NCBI GenBank assembly: GCA_045863395.1
Contig: BTVJ01000001.1
Span: 288,001 to 352,000, forward strand
DNA: 64,000 nt
Source of the DNA: Myxococcales bacterium
Lineage (GTDB): Bacteria; Myxococcota_A; UBA9042; JABWCM01; BTVJ01
Reading direction: 5' to 3'
Each line of letters opens with the position of its first letter. Position 1 is the first letter of the stretch. Made by a program: the position numbers and the translations under genes. Positions 36,956 through 46,800 of this stretch are shown here, piece by piece. The notes beneath the pieces were generated by a model that ran no database searches, had not been told where the DNA came from, and saw only the letters and a program-made list of their open reading frames with translations.

Positions 36956-38221
36956 ATGCCGGAGCTCAAACAACAGAAGCAGCCGAAGGTCGCCCCCCGA
37001 CCCGCCCAGGAGCCCGAGCGGCGTCCGGGCCCCAGCCTCCGCGGCATGAGCTACGCCGAGGGCGCCGCCCAGGTGAAGCCGGGCCCTCGCCCGCCCGATC
37101 CAGATGGCCTGATGCGGCCGGACTTCGACGCACCGACGGCCGGCGACGACCTCATGCGCCCGGACTTCGACCAGCCCAAGGACGACGCCGACGGCGTGAT
37201 GCGCCCGGACTTCAGCGCGCCCAAGGCGACCGGGAAGAAGCCCCCCGCCCGGCCGGCGGCCGAGGTCGTCAAAGAGAACAAGCGCAGGCTCGCCTGCATC
37301 GACGACCTGATGAGCTACGGCGCGTTCGACTGGGCCATCACGGACGGGGAGGCCACGCGCGCATTGAGCCTGCTGGCCGGGGCCGGCGACGCGGCGCTGC
37401 CGGCGCTGGTGCAGCACCTCGACAAGGGCAAGGCGCTGTCGCGGCTGCTGGAGAACCTGCCCAGGAAGGCCGTCGAGGCCAACGCGCTCTCTGTGCTGAA
37501 GCTCTTCAAGCACCGCACCCGGAAGGGAGCGGACAAGGTCCGCGAGATCGCCATCCGCGCCACGGAGCTGCAGGGCAAGGACCCCGACGCGCTGCTCGGC
37601 AACTACACCCAGACCCGGTGGGCGTATGCCTCCTACGACGAGCAGCTCGCGGAGCGCGACGACGCGGGCAACTGGATCGCCAAGACCTACACGGGCCACA
37701 AGTCGTACACCATCGGCATCACCGACCGGGAGGTCGTGGTGTCCGTGGCCATCCGGCTGGGCGCGGACGCCGCCCTGGCCGACAAGATGCAGAAGATCAA
37801 GGCGCGGTGGCTGGACGGCATCAAGGAGAAGTGGAACGGGAAGTTCCGGGCCTCGAACGGCGTGACCACCCTGCCCATCCGCTTCCGGCCCCTCTTCCTG
37901 GCGGACGCGGACACGGAGACCGTGGCCGACCACGACGTGAAGGTGAAGGCGGGCTCGGGCCGCGCCAACGCGGGCAAGTTCTACGAGAAGTCCACGAAGG
38001 GCACGGCCGCCCACGAGTTCGGCCACATGATCGGCAACGTCGACGAGTACGATCAGCCGGTCTACGACAAGGATCACAAGGTCACGGGCGGCAAGGACGA
38101 GCACGACAGCGTCATGTCCGACCACGGCGCGGTCCACGCGCGCCACTTCGACTCCGTGATCGCCGACCTGAACAAGATGCGCGACCCGGCCAAGCCCGAG
38201 TTCAAGCTGAAGCCGCAGTAG
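36956..38221 (+). CDS. Putative zinc metalloprotease effector/toxin-like protein
   Basis: No Sec signal; three MRPDF repeats; SYGAFDWAITD; AAHEFGHMIGNVDEY and SVM Met-turn; GAGGAG RBS. Confidence 0.7.
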   Translation: MPELKQQKQPKVAPRPAQEPERRPGPSLRGMSYAEGAAQVKPGPRPPDPDGLMRPDFDAPTAGDDLMRPDFDQPKDDADGVMRPDFSAPKATGKKPPARPAAEVVKENKRRLACIDDLMSYGAFDWAITDGEATRALSLLAGAGDAALPALVQHLDKGKALSRLLENLPRKAVEANALSVLKLFKHRTRKGADKVREIAIRATELQGKDPDALLGNYTQTRWAYASYDEQLAERDDAGNWIAKTYTGHKSYTIGITDREVVVSVAIRLGADAALADKMQKIKARWLDGIKEKWNGKFRASNGVTTLPIRFRPLFLADADTETVADHDVKVKAGSGRANAGKFYEKSTKGTAAHEFGHMIGNVDEYDQPVYDKDHKVTGGKDEHDSVMSDHGAVHARHFDSVIADLNKMRDPAKPEFKLKPQ

Positions 38222-38260
38222 CGGGGGGACGTTCGTGTCGGCGGACGCAGCCCGGGTGCG

Positions 38261-38608
38261 TCAGGCAGCGCGCAGCACGAACTCGACTCGGACCGTCTGG
38301 TAGGGAAACTCGACTCTGCCGTCTGCGCCGCGGTCGAGCAGGCCGGCGTTCAGCAGGGCCACCACGTCACCGTGAACGGCCTTGACGTCTCGTTTCACGC
38401 GTCGTGCGGCCTCGCGAATCGAGAGGGGACCGGCGCCGGCGAGTGTCCTCAGGAGCTCCCAGCGCTTTGCTGTCAGCACCTCCCAGAGCAGCTCGGGGGT
38501 GGCGAAGCTGATTCGCGCCTCCGCCTCGGGCTCACCGCTCGCCATCGCGCGAGCGACGTCCGCGAGAGACCCGGAGAGGGAGCGGACCTCAAGGACGACC
38601 GTGCTCAT
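38261..38608 (-). CDS. HTH DNA-binding protein (HVO_A0114-like), putative antitoxin
   Basis: ISFATPELLW.VLTAKRWELL..L.GAGPLSIREAARRV.RDVKAVHGDV. Confidence 0.85.
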   Translation of the reverse strand: MSTVVLEVRSLSGSLADVARAMASGEPEAEARISFATPELLWEVLTAKRWELLRTLAGAGPLSIREAARRVKRDVKAVHGDVVALLNAGLLDRGADGRVEFPYQTVRVEFVLRAA

Positions 38609-38885
38609 CGTTCCACCTCGAAATGTCGGCGGCAAAGTCAGACAGCAGTTGCTCCGGCGAGGAGAACGCGTAGGGGGACTCCGTGTCTCCCCAGTGCCGA
38701 TGGTCCCCTTTGCCCCGCTCGTTGTCGTACCGGATGACGCACTCCCCCGCCACGACGTACGCCAGCCGGTACTTGAACGGGTGGCCCGCTGGAAGGACCA
38801 GATCGGGGACGCGCCACACCACGACGTCCGCGAACGCCTTGGTCCCGAGGATGATCCGACGGCGAACGAGGGGAGCGGCGCTCAT
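38589..38885 (-). CDS. DUF6516 / TumE-family putative toxin
   Basis: VVWRVP...H.FKYRLAY......RYDNERGKGDHRH; overlaps its HTH partner. Confidence 0.85.
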   Translation of the reverse strand: MSAAPLVRRRIILGTKAFADVVVWRVPDLVLPAGHPFKYRLAYVVAGECVIRYDNERGKGDHRHWGDTESPYAFSSPEQLLSDFAADISRWNDEHGRP

Positions 38886-39068
38886 GTTGGAGATGATGAC
38901 AACACGCCCGTCGCGGCGTCAAGTCGACGAGGGCGAGGCAGCGAAGTGTCTTGCCGTGGCGGGAACAATAGAATGGGGAGTTCACCGTTCCTGGTCAGGG
39001 GCAAGGAGGCCCCTTCTCGCAAGGAGCGACGGGTCCACGGACGGGCGGTAGCAAGCTCGGACCGCCCC

Positions 39069-40397
39069 TCAGCCCAGCGCCAGCGCCCCGGTGCCGTCGT
39101 CGCCGAACTTCGCGTTCGGGACGCCGCAGGCGTTGAGGATGGTGGTGAAGAGGTTGGCGACCGGGGGGTTCCCGTCGAGCTTCACGTGGCGGCCGCTCTG
39201 GAAGACCTTCGTGCCGCCCGCCACCAGGACCGGCATGTTCACGTGGTTGTGGAGGTTGCCGTCGGACACCTCGCTCGAGAAGTACACGAGGGTGTTGTCG
39301 AGCACCGTGCCGTCGCCCTCCGGCATGGCGTCGAGGCGCGTGAGCAGCCAGGCGAGCATCTCCACCTCCCACGCATTGATCTTCGTGAGCTTGTCGAGCT
39401 TCTGCGGGTCGTTGCCGTGGTGTGACAGGTAGTGGTGCACGTCGTTGATGCCGAGCCAGGTGTGGACGCGGCCGCCGAGGCCGTTGCTCATCATGAACGT
39501 CGCCGCCCGGGTCATGTCGCAGCGGAAGGCCAGGGCGATGACGTCCATCATCTGCTCGACGTACTGGGTGATGGTGCTCCAGGACGGCGGCGCCTTGCCC
39601 GGGTCGCAGACCGGCCCGGTGGGGGCCTGACCCGCCCCCTCCAGCTTCTTCTCGAGCTCCCAGATGCCGTTCTGGTAGGCCTCGAGCTTCTGGCGGTCCG
39701 TCACGCCCAGCTTCGCGTGCAGCTTCTTCGAGTCGTCGAGCACCGCGTCGAGCACCGAGAGCTTCAGCAGGCGCCGCCGCTCCAGCGTCGCCGCCGCGAG
39801 CCCCTCGCCCGGGTTGAAGCCCGCGAACAGGCGGTTGAACGCCGCCTTGGGGTCGATCTCCTTCGGCAGGGGCGTCGTCGGGGTGGCCCACGCGATGTTG
39901 TGGCTGTACGCGCAGGAGTAGCCGCTGTCGCAGCCCGGGTAGCTCCCCGGCTCGACGCAGCCGAGCTCCAGCGACGGCAGCTTCGTCTGCGCGCCCACCT
40001 TCTGGGCGATGAGCTGGTCCACCGAGACGCCGTTCTTGATGTTGGCGCCCTCGGTCTTCACGACCTTCGTCGCCGTGAGGAACGCGCCGATGCCCGACGC
40101 GTGGTCACCGGCCCCGTCTGGCTTGCCCGGGTTGGCCGACAAGCCGGACAGGACGAGCACCTTGTCCTTCACTGGCGCCAGAGGCTTCAGGATCGGCGTC
40201 AGCGCGTAGCCGGGGCCCGTCGTCGCGGGGGTCCAGTGCTCCATGCGGATGCCGTTCGGCACGTAGTAGCCGAGGAAGCGCGTCGGAGGGGCCGGCATCG
40301 TCGCGGCGCGCGCCGTGCGGGGCAGCATCGCCTCGAGCCAGGGGAGGGCCATCGCGACGCCGGCGCCGCGCAGGAGGGTCCGTCGGGAGAGGGTCAT
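39069..40397 (-). CDS. DUF1552 domain protein with Tat-like N-terminus
   Basis: SRRTLLRGAG..MALPWLEAM, YVPNG, SVDQ, CDSGYSCAY, HHYLSHH, LDNTLV, HNH. Confidence 0.9.
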   Translation of the reverse strand: MTLSRRTLLRGAGVAMALPWLEAMLPRTARAATMPAPPTRFLGYYVPNGIRMEHWTPATTGPGYALTPILKPLAPVKDKVLVLSGLSANPGKPDGAGDHASGIGAFLTATKVVKTEGANIKNGVSVDQLIAQKVGAQTKLPSLELGCVEPGSYPGCDSGYSCAYSHNIAWATPTTPLPKEIDPKAAFNRLFAGFNPGEGLAAATLERRRLLKLSVLDAVLDDSKKLHAKLGVTDRQKLEAYQNGIWELEKKLEGAGQAPTGPVCDPGKAPPSWSTITQYVEQMMDVIALAFRCDMTRAATFMMSNGLGGRVHTWLGINDVHHYLSHHGNDPQKLDKLTKINAWEVEMLAWLLTRLDAMPEGDGTVLDNTLVYFSSEVSDGNLHNHVNMPVLVAGGTKVFQSGRHVKLDGNPPVANLFTTILNACGVPNAKFGDDGTGALALG

Positions 40398-40398
40398 G

Positions 40399-42729
40399 TC
40401 ACAGCACCTCCGCGCGCCGCATGCGGAACGGGTCGCTCAGCGCGATCAGGACGAAGAGCTCGCGGAGCCGGTAGCCGCGCTCCTGCCACTGGTCGACCAG
40501 GGCCTCGACCGTGCACTGGTCCGTTGCCTGGAGGCCCCGGCCGAGCGCGTAGGTCAGCGCATGCTCGACCATGCAGCGCGGCACCTCCGGGTACTCCTTG
40601 ACCAGGATGGCCAGCTCGAACGGATCGACGAAGTCCTCGCCCGTGAACAGCGTGCCCGCGGGGTCGATCGGCTCGCCGGCGTCCTCGGTGCGCCACCTGC
40701 CCGTGGCGTCGAAGTTCTCGAGCCCGAAGCCGATGGGGTCCATCAGGGTGTGGCAGCCCGCGCACTTGGGGTCCGTCGTGTGCTGGAGCATGAGCTCCTT
40801 GACGGTCTTCGGGCTCGCGTCCTGCGCGGACTCCACGAGGCCCGTGACGTCGGAGGGCGGCGGCGGCGGCTCCAGGCACATCAGGCGCCCGAGGACCCAC
40901 TTGCCGCGCTTGACTGGCGACGTGCGGTTCGGGTGGGCGTTCACGGTCAGGACGCTCGCCTGGTGGAGCAGGCCGCTGCGCTCGGTGCCCTCCAGGCTCA
41001 CGCGGGTGAAGCCGGGGGCGCCCGTCGGCGCGAGCCCGTAGTGCTCGGCGAGGCGGTCGTTCACGTAGGTGAAGTCGGCGTCGATCATGTCGAGGGCGCT
41101 CTGGTCGGAGTGCAGGAACTCGTCGAAGAAGAGCTCCGTCTCGGCGCGCATCGCCTCGCGCAGCTCGTCGTCGAACGCGGGGAAGAGCTCCGCGTCCTTC
41201 GTCACGCTATCCACGGCGCGGGTGGTGAGCCACTGGCCGGCGAAGTTCAGGGTCAGGGCCTCGGCGCGGGGGTCGTCCATCATGCGGAGCGCCTGGGCCT
41301 CGAGGACCGCCGGGTCCAGGAGCGAGCCGTCCTCGGCGGCCGCGAGCAGCTCCGCGTCCGGCGTGCTGCTCCAGAGCAGGTAGGACAGGCGGGTCGCGAG
41401 CTCCGGCCCGGAGAGCGCGTGCGGGCCGGGGCCCGGGTCGAGCTCCACCCGGTAGATGAAGTGCGGGGAGACCAGCACGCCGGCCAGCGCCACCTCGATG
41501 CCCTCGTCGAAGGTGCCGCCCAGCGCGATGGCCTCCTGGACCACGGCGGCGAGGGGGGCGATCTCATCGGTCAGCGGCTCGCGGCGCCAGGCCCGGCGGG
41601 CGAAGTCGCGAATGATCTGGGTTGCGCAGGGGCCTGTGCCCGCCTTCTGTGGGTCGCACGTGACGATGACGGCGCGGGTCGGGCTCATGACGGGCGCCTT
41701 GGGCTGCCCCTCGACGGCGATCCAGTCGAGCCACAGGTTGCGGTCTCCGCTCTGGTTGTAGTCGTTGATGAAGCCGACCGTGAAGGTGTGCGCCCCCGCG
41801 GCCGCCGTGGTCGCGTGCTCGAAGAGCTGCGGGCTGGCCTTCAGCGCCGTCACGTCGAAGGTAGTGAGCACCTTGCCATCGAGGGCGAACGTCATCTTGG
41901 CGGCCTCGGACCCGGCCTGGTCCTGCCAGGCGAGGGCGGACAGCACCACCGGTCCGTCGGCCGGCAGCGTGACCTTCGCGGTCATGGTGCCGACCGCGTA
42001 GAGGTTCCATGCCGAGCCCTTCGCGGCTCCCGCCGTGGCGCCGAGGTCCTCGGCCTCGAACAGGAACGAGGCCGCCTCGCCAGGGGTGACCTTCAGCGCC
42101 TCGGCGAGCAGGGCCTCGGCAGCGGCGGCGTACTTGTCGACGTGCAGCGGGGAGACGGTCAGCACGTCCGCGATGTTGTCGAAGCCGTAGCCCACGTCGT
42201 CCGCCGGGAAGGCAGCGGCCGGGCCCGTCACGTCGTCGAGCAGGTCGCGGACCGTGTTGTCGTACTCGACGCGGTTGAGCCGGTGGAGCGAGACGTGGCC
42301 CGGATCCACCGTGCCCTGGCACGTGCTCGGAGCGGGAGCCGGGTCGGTCGGGGCGCCGACCGGGTCGGCCGGGTCCGCAGGGCCCGTCTGGTCCCCGTCA
42401 GGCGACTGGCCGTTTCGGGTCCCTGGTGGGAGCTCGGCGGGGACGCGCTCGCCAGCGTCGCCGCCCGGGGCGCCCGGGCCACCGGAGCCGCCGGAGGATC
42501 CGTGGCCATCCGAGGCGCCAGTCGCCCCTCCGCCCGTGGCGGGCCCCGAACCCTCATCGGCCGGCTTGATGGTGATGGAGCCACCATCAACCACGGGGGC
42601 GCCGTCGGTCGGCGCATTGGCGGCTGGGCCACCCTCTCCGAGGGACCGGGGTGCGCGTCCGACAGGCTCGCCAAGGCACCCGGCGAGGGTGGCGGCCGCT
42701 GCGCATACCAACGCGACACGATGGATCAT
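40399..42729 (-). CDS. DUF1587/1595/1592/1588/1585 domain lipoprotein with an inserted carbohydrate-binding-like module
   Basis: LAGC; HRLNRVEYDNTVRDL, GFDN, FARRAWRR, ELATRLSYLLWSS.PD, TSPVKRGKW, CAGCH, DPIGFGLENFD. Confidence 0.9.
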   Translation of the reverse strand: MIHRVALVCAAAATLAGCLGEPVGRAPRSLGEGGPAANAPTDGAPVVDGGSITIKPADEGSGPATGGGATGASDGHGSSGGSGGPGAPGGDAGERVPAELPPGTRNGQSPDGDQTGPADPADPVGAPTDPAPAPSTCQGTVDPGHVSLHRLNRVEYDNTVRDLLDDVTGPAAAFPADDVGYGFDNIADVLTVSPLHVDKYAAAAEALLAEALKVTPGEAASFLFEAEDLGATAGAAKGSAWNLYAVGTMTAKVTLPADGPVVLSALAWQDQAGSEAAKMTFALDGKVLTTFDVTALKASPQLFEHATTAAAGAHTFTVGFINDYNQSGDRNLWLDWIAVEGQPKAPVMSPTRAVIVTCDPQKAGTGPCATQIIRDFARRAWRREPLTDEIAPLAAVVQEAIALGGTFDEGIEVALAGVLVSPHFIYRVELDPGPGPHALSGPELATRLSYLLWSSTPDAELLAAAEDGSLLDPAVLEAQALRMMDDPRAEALTLNFAGQWLTTRAVDSVTKDAELFPAFDDELREAMRAETELFFDEFLHSDQSALDMIDADFTYVNDRLAEHYGLAPTGAPGFTRVSLEGTERSGLLHQASVLTVNAHPNRTSPVKRGKWVLGRLMCLEPPPPPSDVTGLVESAQDASPKTVKELMLQHTTDPKCAGCHTLMDPIGFGLENFDATGRWRTEDAGEPIDPAGTLFTGEDFVDPFELAILVKEYPEVPRCMVEHALTYALGRGLQATDQCTVEALVDQWQERGYRLRELFVLIALSDPFRMRRAEVL

Positions 42730-43012
42730 CGTCGACTCTCTTCGAGGTGTGGGGTGAGCGGCAGCTCGTGGCCGCTGAGGACAAGAGACGCCCCCCTGCC
42801 GAGGCGCTCACCGGTGAATCGGCCCTTCGATGTAACCAACGCGGCGTGGCGCGGCGAGGTCTCGGTGTCCCTGCGAAGAGCCCCCCCCCGGGTCACGAGT
42901 CCAGGGCCGCGCAGCGCGCTGTCCGCTGGCGTGGTGGTCGCGCCTGTCTAGGTTCGATGGTGATGCTCCCCGCTCGGGTGACCAATCCCCAGGGTCCGAG
43001 GAGGTTCCGGAC

Positions 43013-43552
43013 ATGAAGTGGAGTCTGCTTGGCACAATCAGGCGGATCCTTGACCCGCCGCCCCGCGAGGAGACTGATGCCCCCCCCCTGAGCGACAGAG
43101 AGCACGCCACGCTCTATGCGCTCCTGGAGGTCGCCGCCGGCGCATCGGACCTGCCGCGCGAGCGCCTTCGCGACCACCTCGCCCGCCAGGTTGCGGCTAC
43201 CCCGGCCCTGCTCGCGGAGTATCGCTCGGCCGCGCGCCTGCTCGATCGGGTCGCGCGGCGCGGACACGGCGAGCGTCCCTTCGCGGCGCTGGACCTTCGC
43301 GCCCGCGACAGCGTGCTGCGGGAGCTCCTGCGGACCTACCCGCACGAGGAGCGAGAGCCAGCGTGGCGCCGCTTGACCCGCCTGACGGGCGACAACCTCG
43401 ACCTGGTGATCGCTCCTCGGGACGCGCGGCGCCTGCGGAACCACGTGCTGCGGGACCTCCTGCGGCTGTACTACTCGAGCACGGCCGGCTGGGCGGTCGT
43501 CAGCTACGACCGGCGACCAGGGCGCGCCAAGCGGCAAGGGGAGCTCCGATGA
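43013..43552 (+). CDS. Gluconate 2-dehydrogenase subunit 3-like protein
   Basis: F..L....RD.VL and LYYSS..GW..V.Y...PG patterns; ATGA-coupled to a GMC gene. Confidence 0.6.
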   Translation: MKWSLLGTIRRILDPPPREETDAPPLSDREHATLYALLEVAAGASDLPRERLRDHLARQVAATPALLAEYRSAARLLDRVARRGHGERPFAALDLRARDSVLRELLRTYPHEEREPAWRRLTRLTGDNLDLVIAPRDARRLRNHVLRDLLRLYYSSTAGWAVVSYDRRPGRAKRQGELR

Positions 43553-45099
43553 TTCGCGCCGGGCAGACCGCCGTGGTCATCGGGTCCGGCCCCGTGGGCG
43601 CCGCCAGCGCCTGGGCGCTCGCGACGGCCGGGGTCCACACCACCGTGCTCGAGGCCGGCCCGCGCCCGCCGGCGGATCGGTTCGCCGTCCTCCAGCGCGC
43701 CGAGAGCGGTGCACCTGCGTGGCCCTCCCCCCGCTACGCCTATGAGTCACAAGGCGACGATCCGTCCATCAACCGACTCACGCTGCGAATGCTCGGGGGA
43801 ACCAGCCTGACGTGGGGCGCCGTCACGCCCCGCTTCCTGCCAGCCGACTTCCGAATGCAGACGCTGTACGGCGTCGCCGAGGACTGGCCTCTGACCTACG
43901 AAGAGCTGGAGCCGTGGTATGTCCGCGCAGAGCGCCTCCTCGGCGTCTCGGGCACCGTCGACAACCCGTGGTCCCCACCGCGCAGCGCTCCCTACCCGAT
44001 GGGACCGTTCGCCATGAGTGAGACGGACCGGCTGGTGCAGGCTGCCGGCGCAAAGGTCGGCGTCCCGTTCCACCACGTCCCTACGGCGCGCAACTCCATC
44101 CCGTACGATGGGCGCCCCGCATGCCAGTCCTTCGCGACGTGCCGCACGTGCCCCATCGGCGGCATGTACAGCGCCGACCAGACGATGAGCCGCATCGAGC
44201 GCCTCCCGCACGTGCGCGTCCTGACGGAGGCAGAGGCGGTCCGCATCGAGACGTCCAGGAGCGACGCCGTCTGCCGCGTCCTCTACCTCGACGCGAGCGA
44301 CCGGACGCATGCCGTCGAGGCCGACGTGGTGGTCGTCGCGACCCAGGCCGTCGAGGCGGTCCGCTTGCTGCTCAACTCTGCGTCGGGCGCCTTCCCACAG
44401 GGGCTCGCCAACCGCAACGGCCAGCTCGGCCGCTGGTTCATGGACCGCCCCAAGTTCTATGTGATGGGCCGCGTCGATCAGCGCCTGAGCCCCTATCGCC
44501 TCGGCTTCGAGACCGCCACCTCGTTGGCGATGCACGACCACCCGGGACGCTCGGAGTATTCCGGCGGCCGCATCCTCGTCCGCGAGAATGCCGGACCGTC
44601 GCCGGCCGACGTCTCCGCCCGCAGCGGGCTGTGGGGCCAGGCCCTGCGCGAAGAGATCGCGGAGCTGTTCGGCCACTGGATCACCCTCGGCTGCTACCTC
44701 GAGCCCCTCCCGCGCGAAGACAACCGCGTGACACTCTCCACGCGCCTGAGGGGCCGCGCTGGTCTCCCTGCGCCACGCGTCGACCTGCGCCTGATGGGGC
44801 CGTATGTCGAGCGCGGCTACCATGAGCTGCGTCGTGTCATGGAGCGGATCCTCGAGGCCGCGGGCGCGCACGATGTCCGCGTCCTGGTGCCGCCGTCCAT
44901 CACCGGCCACTACATGGGTGGCCACCGCATGGGGAGCAATCCCGAGACGTCCACGATCAACTCCTGTCTCCAGGCACACGACGTCCCCGGGCTGTACCTT
45001 GCCACGGCCGGCGCGTTCCCATCGGGGGGCATCAGCAACCCGACGCTCACTACCATCGCGCTCGCGCTTCGCATGGCGGCCTCGATCACGGGCGGCTGA
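43549..45099 (+). CDS. GMC family FAD oxidoreductase
   Basis: IGSGPVG, LGGTSLTW, DWPLTYEELEPWY, C..C..CP, HYMGGHRMG, NPTLT..AL. Confidence 0.92.
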   Translation: MIRAGQTAVVIGSGPVGAASAWALATAGVHTTVLEAGPRPPADRFAVLQRAESGAPAWPSPRYAYESQGDDPSINRLTLRMLGGTSLTWGAVTPRFLPADFRMQTLYGVAEDWPLTYEELEPWYVRAERLLGVSGTVDNPWSPPRSAPYPMGPFAMSETDRLVQAAGAKVGVPFHHVPTARNSIPYDGRPACQSFATCRTCPIGGMYSADQTMSRIERLPHVRVLTEAEAVRIETSRSDAVCRVLYLDASDRTHAVEADVVVVATQAVEAVRLLLNSASGAFPQGLANRNGQLGRWFMDRPKFYVMGRVDQRLSPYRLGFETATSLAMHDHPGRSEYSGGRILVRENAGPSPADVSARSGLWGQALREEIAELFGHWITLGCYLEPLPREDNRVTLSTRLRGRAGLPAPRVDLRLMGPYVERGYHELRRVMERILEAAGAHDVRVLVPPSITGHYMGGHRMGSNPETSTINSCLQAHDVPGLYLATAGAFPSGGISNPTLTTIALALRMAASITGG

Positions 45100-45190
45100 C
45101 GCCTGCGTTGCCTCGCTCTTCGAGCGAAGTCCAAGGGTCCAGGTGCAAGGCGTCACGGAAGCTGGCGGGGGGCTCGGAGGTCGGGCCAGC

Positions 45191-45922
45191 CTACGAAGCG
45201 GCCCTGTCGAGGGCGGCGAGCAGGGAGACGACGCTGCGCTCGCCCTGCTCGACGATGCGGCGGCCCGCCTCGAACGCGGCGCCCTCGTCGCCGCGGCGGA
45301 TCGCCTCGACCAGCGCCTCGTAGGCGGGGAGGTCGCGGAGCTCGGCCGCCAGCGGCTGCTCGAGCACGCTCCAGATGCGCGCGTAGGCGGCGCGCATGGT
45401 GTTGAAGGCGAGCTGGTAGGCGACGTTGTCCGCGCCCTCCACCACGACCTCCCAGAGCGCGATGCCGAGCTGCTGGAGCGCCGGGAGGTCGCCCTGCGCG
45501 GCCTTCATCCGCTGAAGCAGCGGGTCGAGGCGGGCAGCCGTGACGGAGCCCCCGCGCGCCGCGCACCGGCGGGCGATGTCGGGCGCCAGGGCGGTGCGCA
45601 TCTCCATGACCCCGCGCGCCACCTTTGCGCTGAGGGCGCCGCCCGGGCCGACCAAGAGCTCGGAGAGCAGATCCATGCCCGCCGTGCGCGCGAAGTCGAG
45701 CACCCGCGTGGCTCCGCCCTGCTGGATGGCCACGAGGCGAGCCTGCTCCAGCCGCTTGAGCGCCTCCCGCACCGCGCTGCGGTTGACCCCGAGCACCAGG
45801 GAGAGGGTCCGCTCGGCAGGCAGGGTCGCCCCTGGCTCCAGGGCGCCGCTGACGATCTGCTCCCGGAGCTGCTCGAACACGCCTTGAGACAACGAGGTGC
45901 GCACGACGGGCCGCAGGGTCAT
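45191..45922 (-). CDS. GntR/FadR family transcriptional regulator
   Basis: LPAER.LS..LGVNR.AVREALKRL......QGG.TRV; FCD-like C-terminus. Confidence 0.92.
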   Translation of the reverse strand: MTLRPVVRTSLSQGVFEQLREQIVSGALEPGATLPAERTLSLVLGVNRSAVREALKRLEQARLVAIQQGGATRVLDFARTAGMDLLSELLVGPGGALSAKVARGVMEMRTALAPDIARRCAARGGSVTAARLDPLLQRMKAAQGDLPALQQLGIALWEVVVEGADNVAYQLAFNTMRAAYARIWSVLEQPLAAELRDLPAYEALVEAIRRGDEGAAFEAGRRIVEQGERSVVSLLAALDRAAS

Positions 45923-46620
45923 GCGGGCACCTCGCGGCCCGCGCCCAGGTCACCTTCGTAGCCCAGGGTGCGGCAGGTGGGGGAGAGTGGGGTCGCCTGT
46001 GGGGCAGGCGAAGTGCCCAGCAGGCGGTCGCCCGAGAGCATGGTCACGCCGTACCAGTACCGCTCGTTCTTGCAGTGGTGGAGGCGGTGGCTGTGCCACA
46101 GGCGCCGCAGCCAGGCGCCCCGAGGCTTGTAGCGGGTGTGCACGATGAAGTGGATCCACTCGTAGTGGGTCGCGAGCAGCAGGTAGAAGGCGATGCCCGT
46201 GAAGGCGAGCGTCGGGGGCAGGAGGACGTTCCAGATGAGGAGCTGGAACGGCACGCCGCCGATGACGATGTGCAGCGGGATGAACGCCTTGTCGATGCGC
46301 CACGGGTCGCGGTGGTGGGCGCGGTGGGCGCGGGCGACGGGCAGGTCGAGCGTGCGCCCGAGCAGGCGGCGCGGCCGGAAGTGCAGGAACACCACGTGGA
46401 AGACCCACTCCTGGGTGGGCCACAGCGCGAGGATCGCCGCGGGGATCACCAGGTCCCAGTAGGTGAAGGCGCCGAGCCACAGCCGCACGGCCAGCGCGGC
46501 GAGGGCCGAGACGCCCAGGATCCAGGGCGTCGGGTAGCGCAGGAACACACGCACCGCTCCGCGCAGGGTCACCGTCTCCGCCTGGTCGCGCTTGTTGCGC
46601 GACTCGCGCTCATCCGCCAT
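45919..46620 (-). CDS. Sterol desaturase / fatty acid hydroxylase family protein
   Basis: His boxes EWVFH..FLH, HRAHH, YEWIHFIVH, HRLHH; GGAGG RBS. Confidence 0.9.
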   Translation of the reverse strand: MADERESRNKRDQAETVTLRGAVRVFLRYPTPWILGVSALAALAVRLWLGAFTYWDLVIPAAILALWPTQEWVFHVVFLHFRPRRLLGRTLDLPVARAHRAHHRDPWRIDKAFIPLHIVIGGVPFQLLIWNVLLPPTLAFTGIAFYLLLATHYEWIHFIVHTRYKPRGAWLRRLWHSHRLHHCKNERYWYGVTMLSGDRLLGTSPAPQATPLSPTCRTLGYEGDLGAGREVPA

Positions 46621-46680
46621 CGTCGCCTCCCGGGTGTGCTTCCGACAACGGGGAGCATGCCAGCAGCTCGTCCGCTGGTC

Positions 46681-46697
46681 AACTGGTCGGACCAGTT
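46681..46697. promoter_or_regulatory. FadR-type operator
   Basis: Perfect palindrome AACTGGTC-G-GACCAGTT upstream of the hydroxylase-regulator operon. Confidence 0.85.
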
Positions 46698-46800
46698 TCT
46701 TCGGCTCAGCTCGTGCCGGCGAGTCTCTCGGGACCCTGGACACCTTGGCAGCTCGGCGGGGGAGGTGGGTCCGCGCAGCCTGCCTGGCGTCGTCCGCGGG

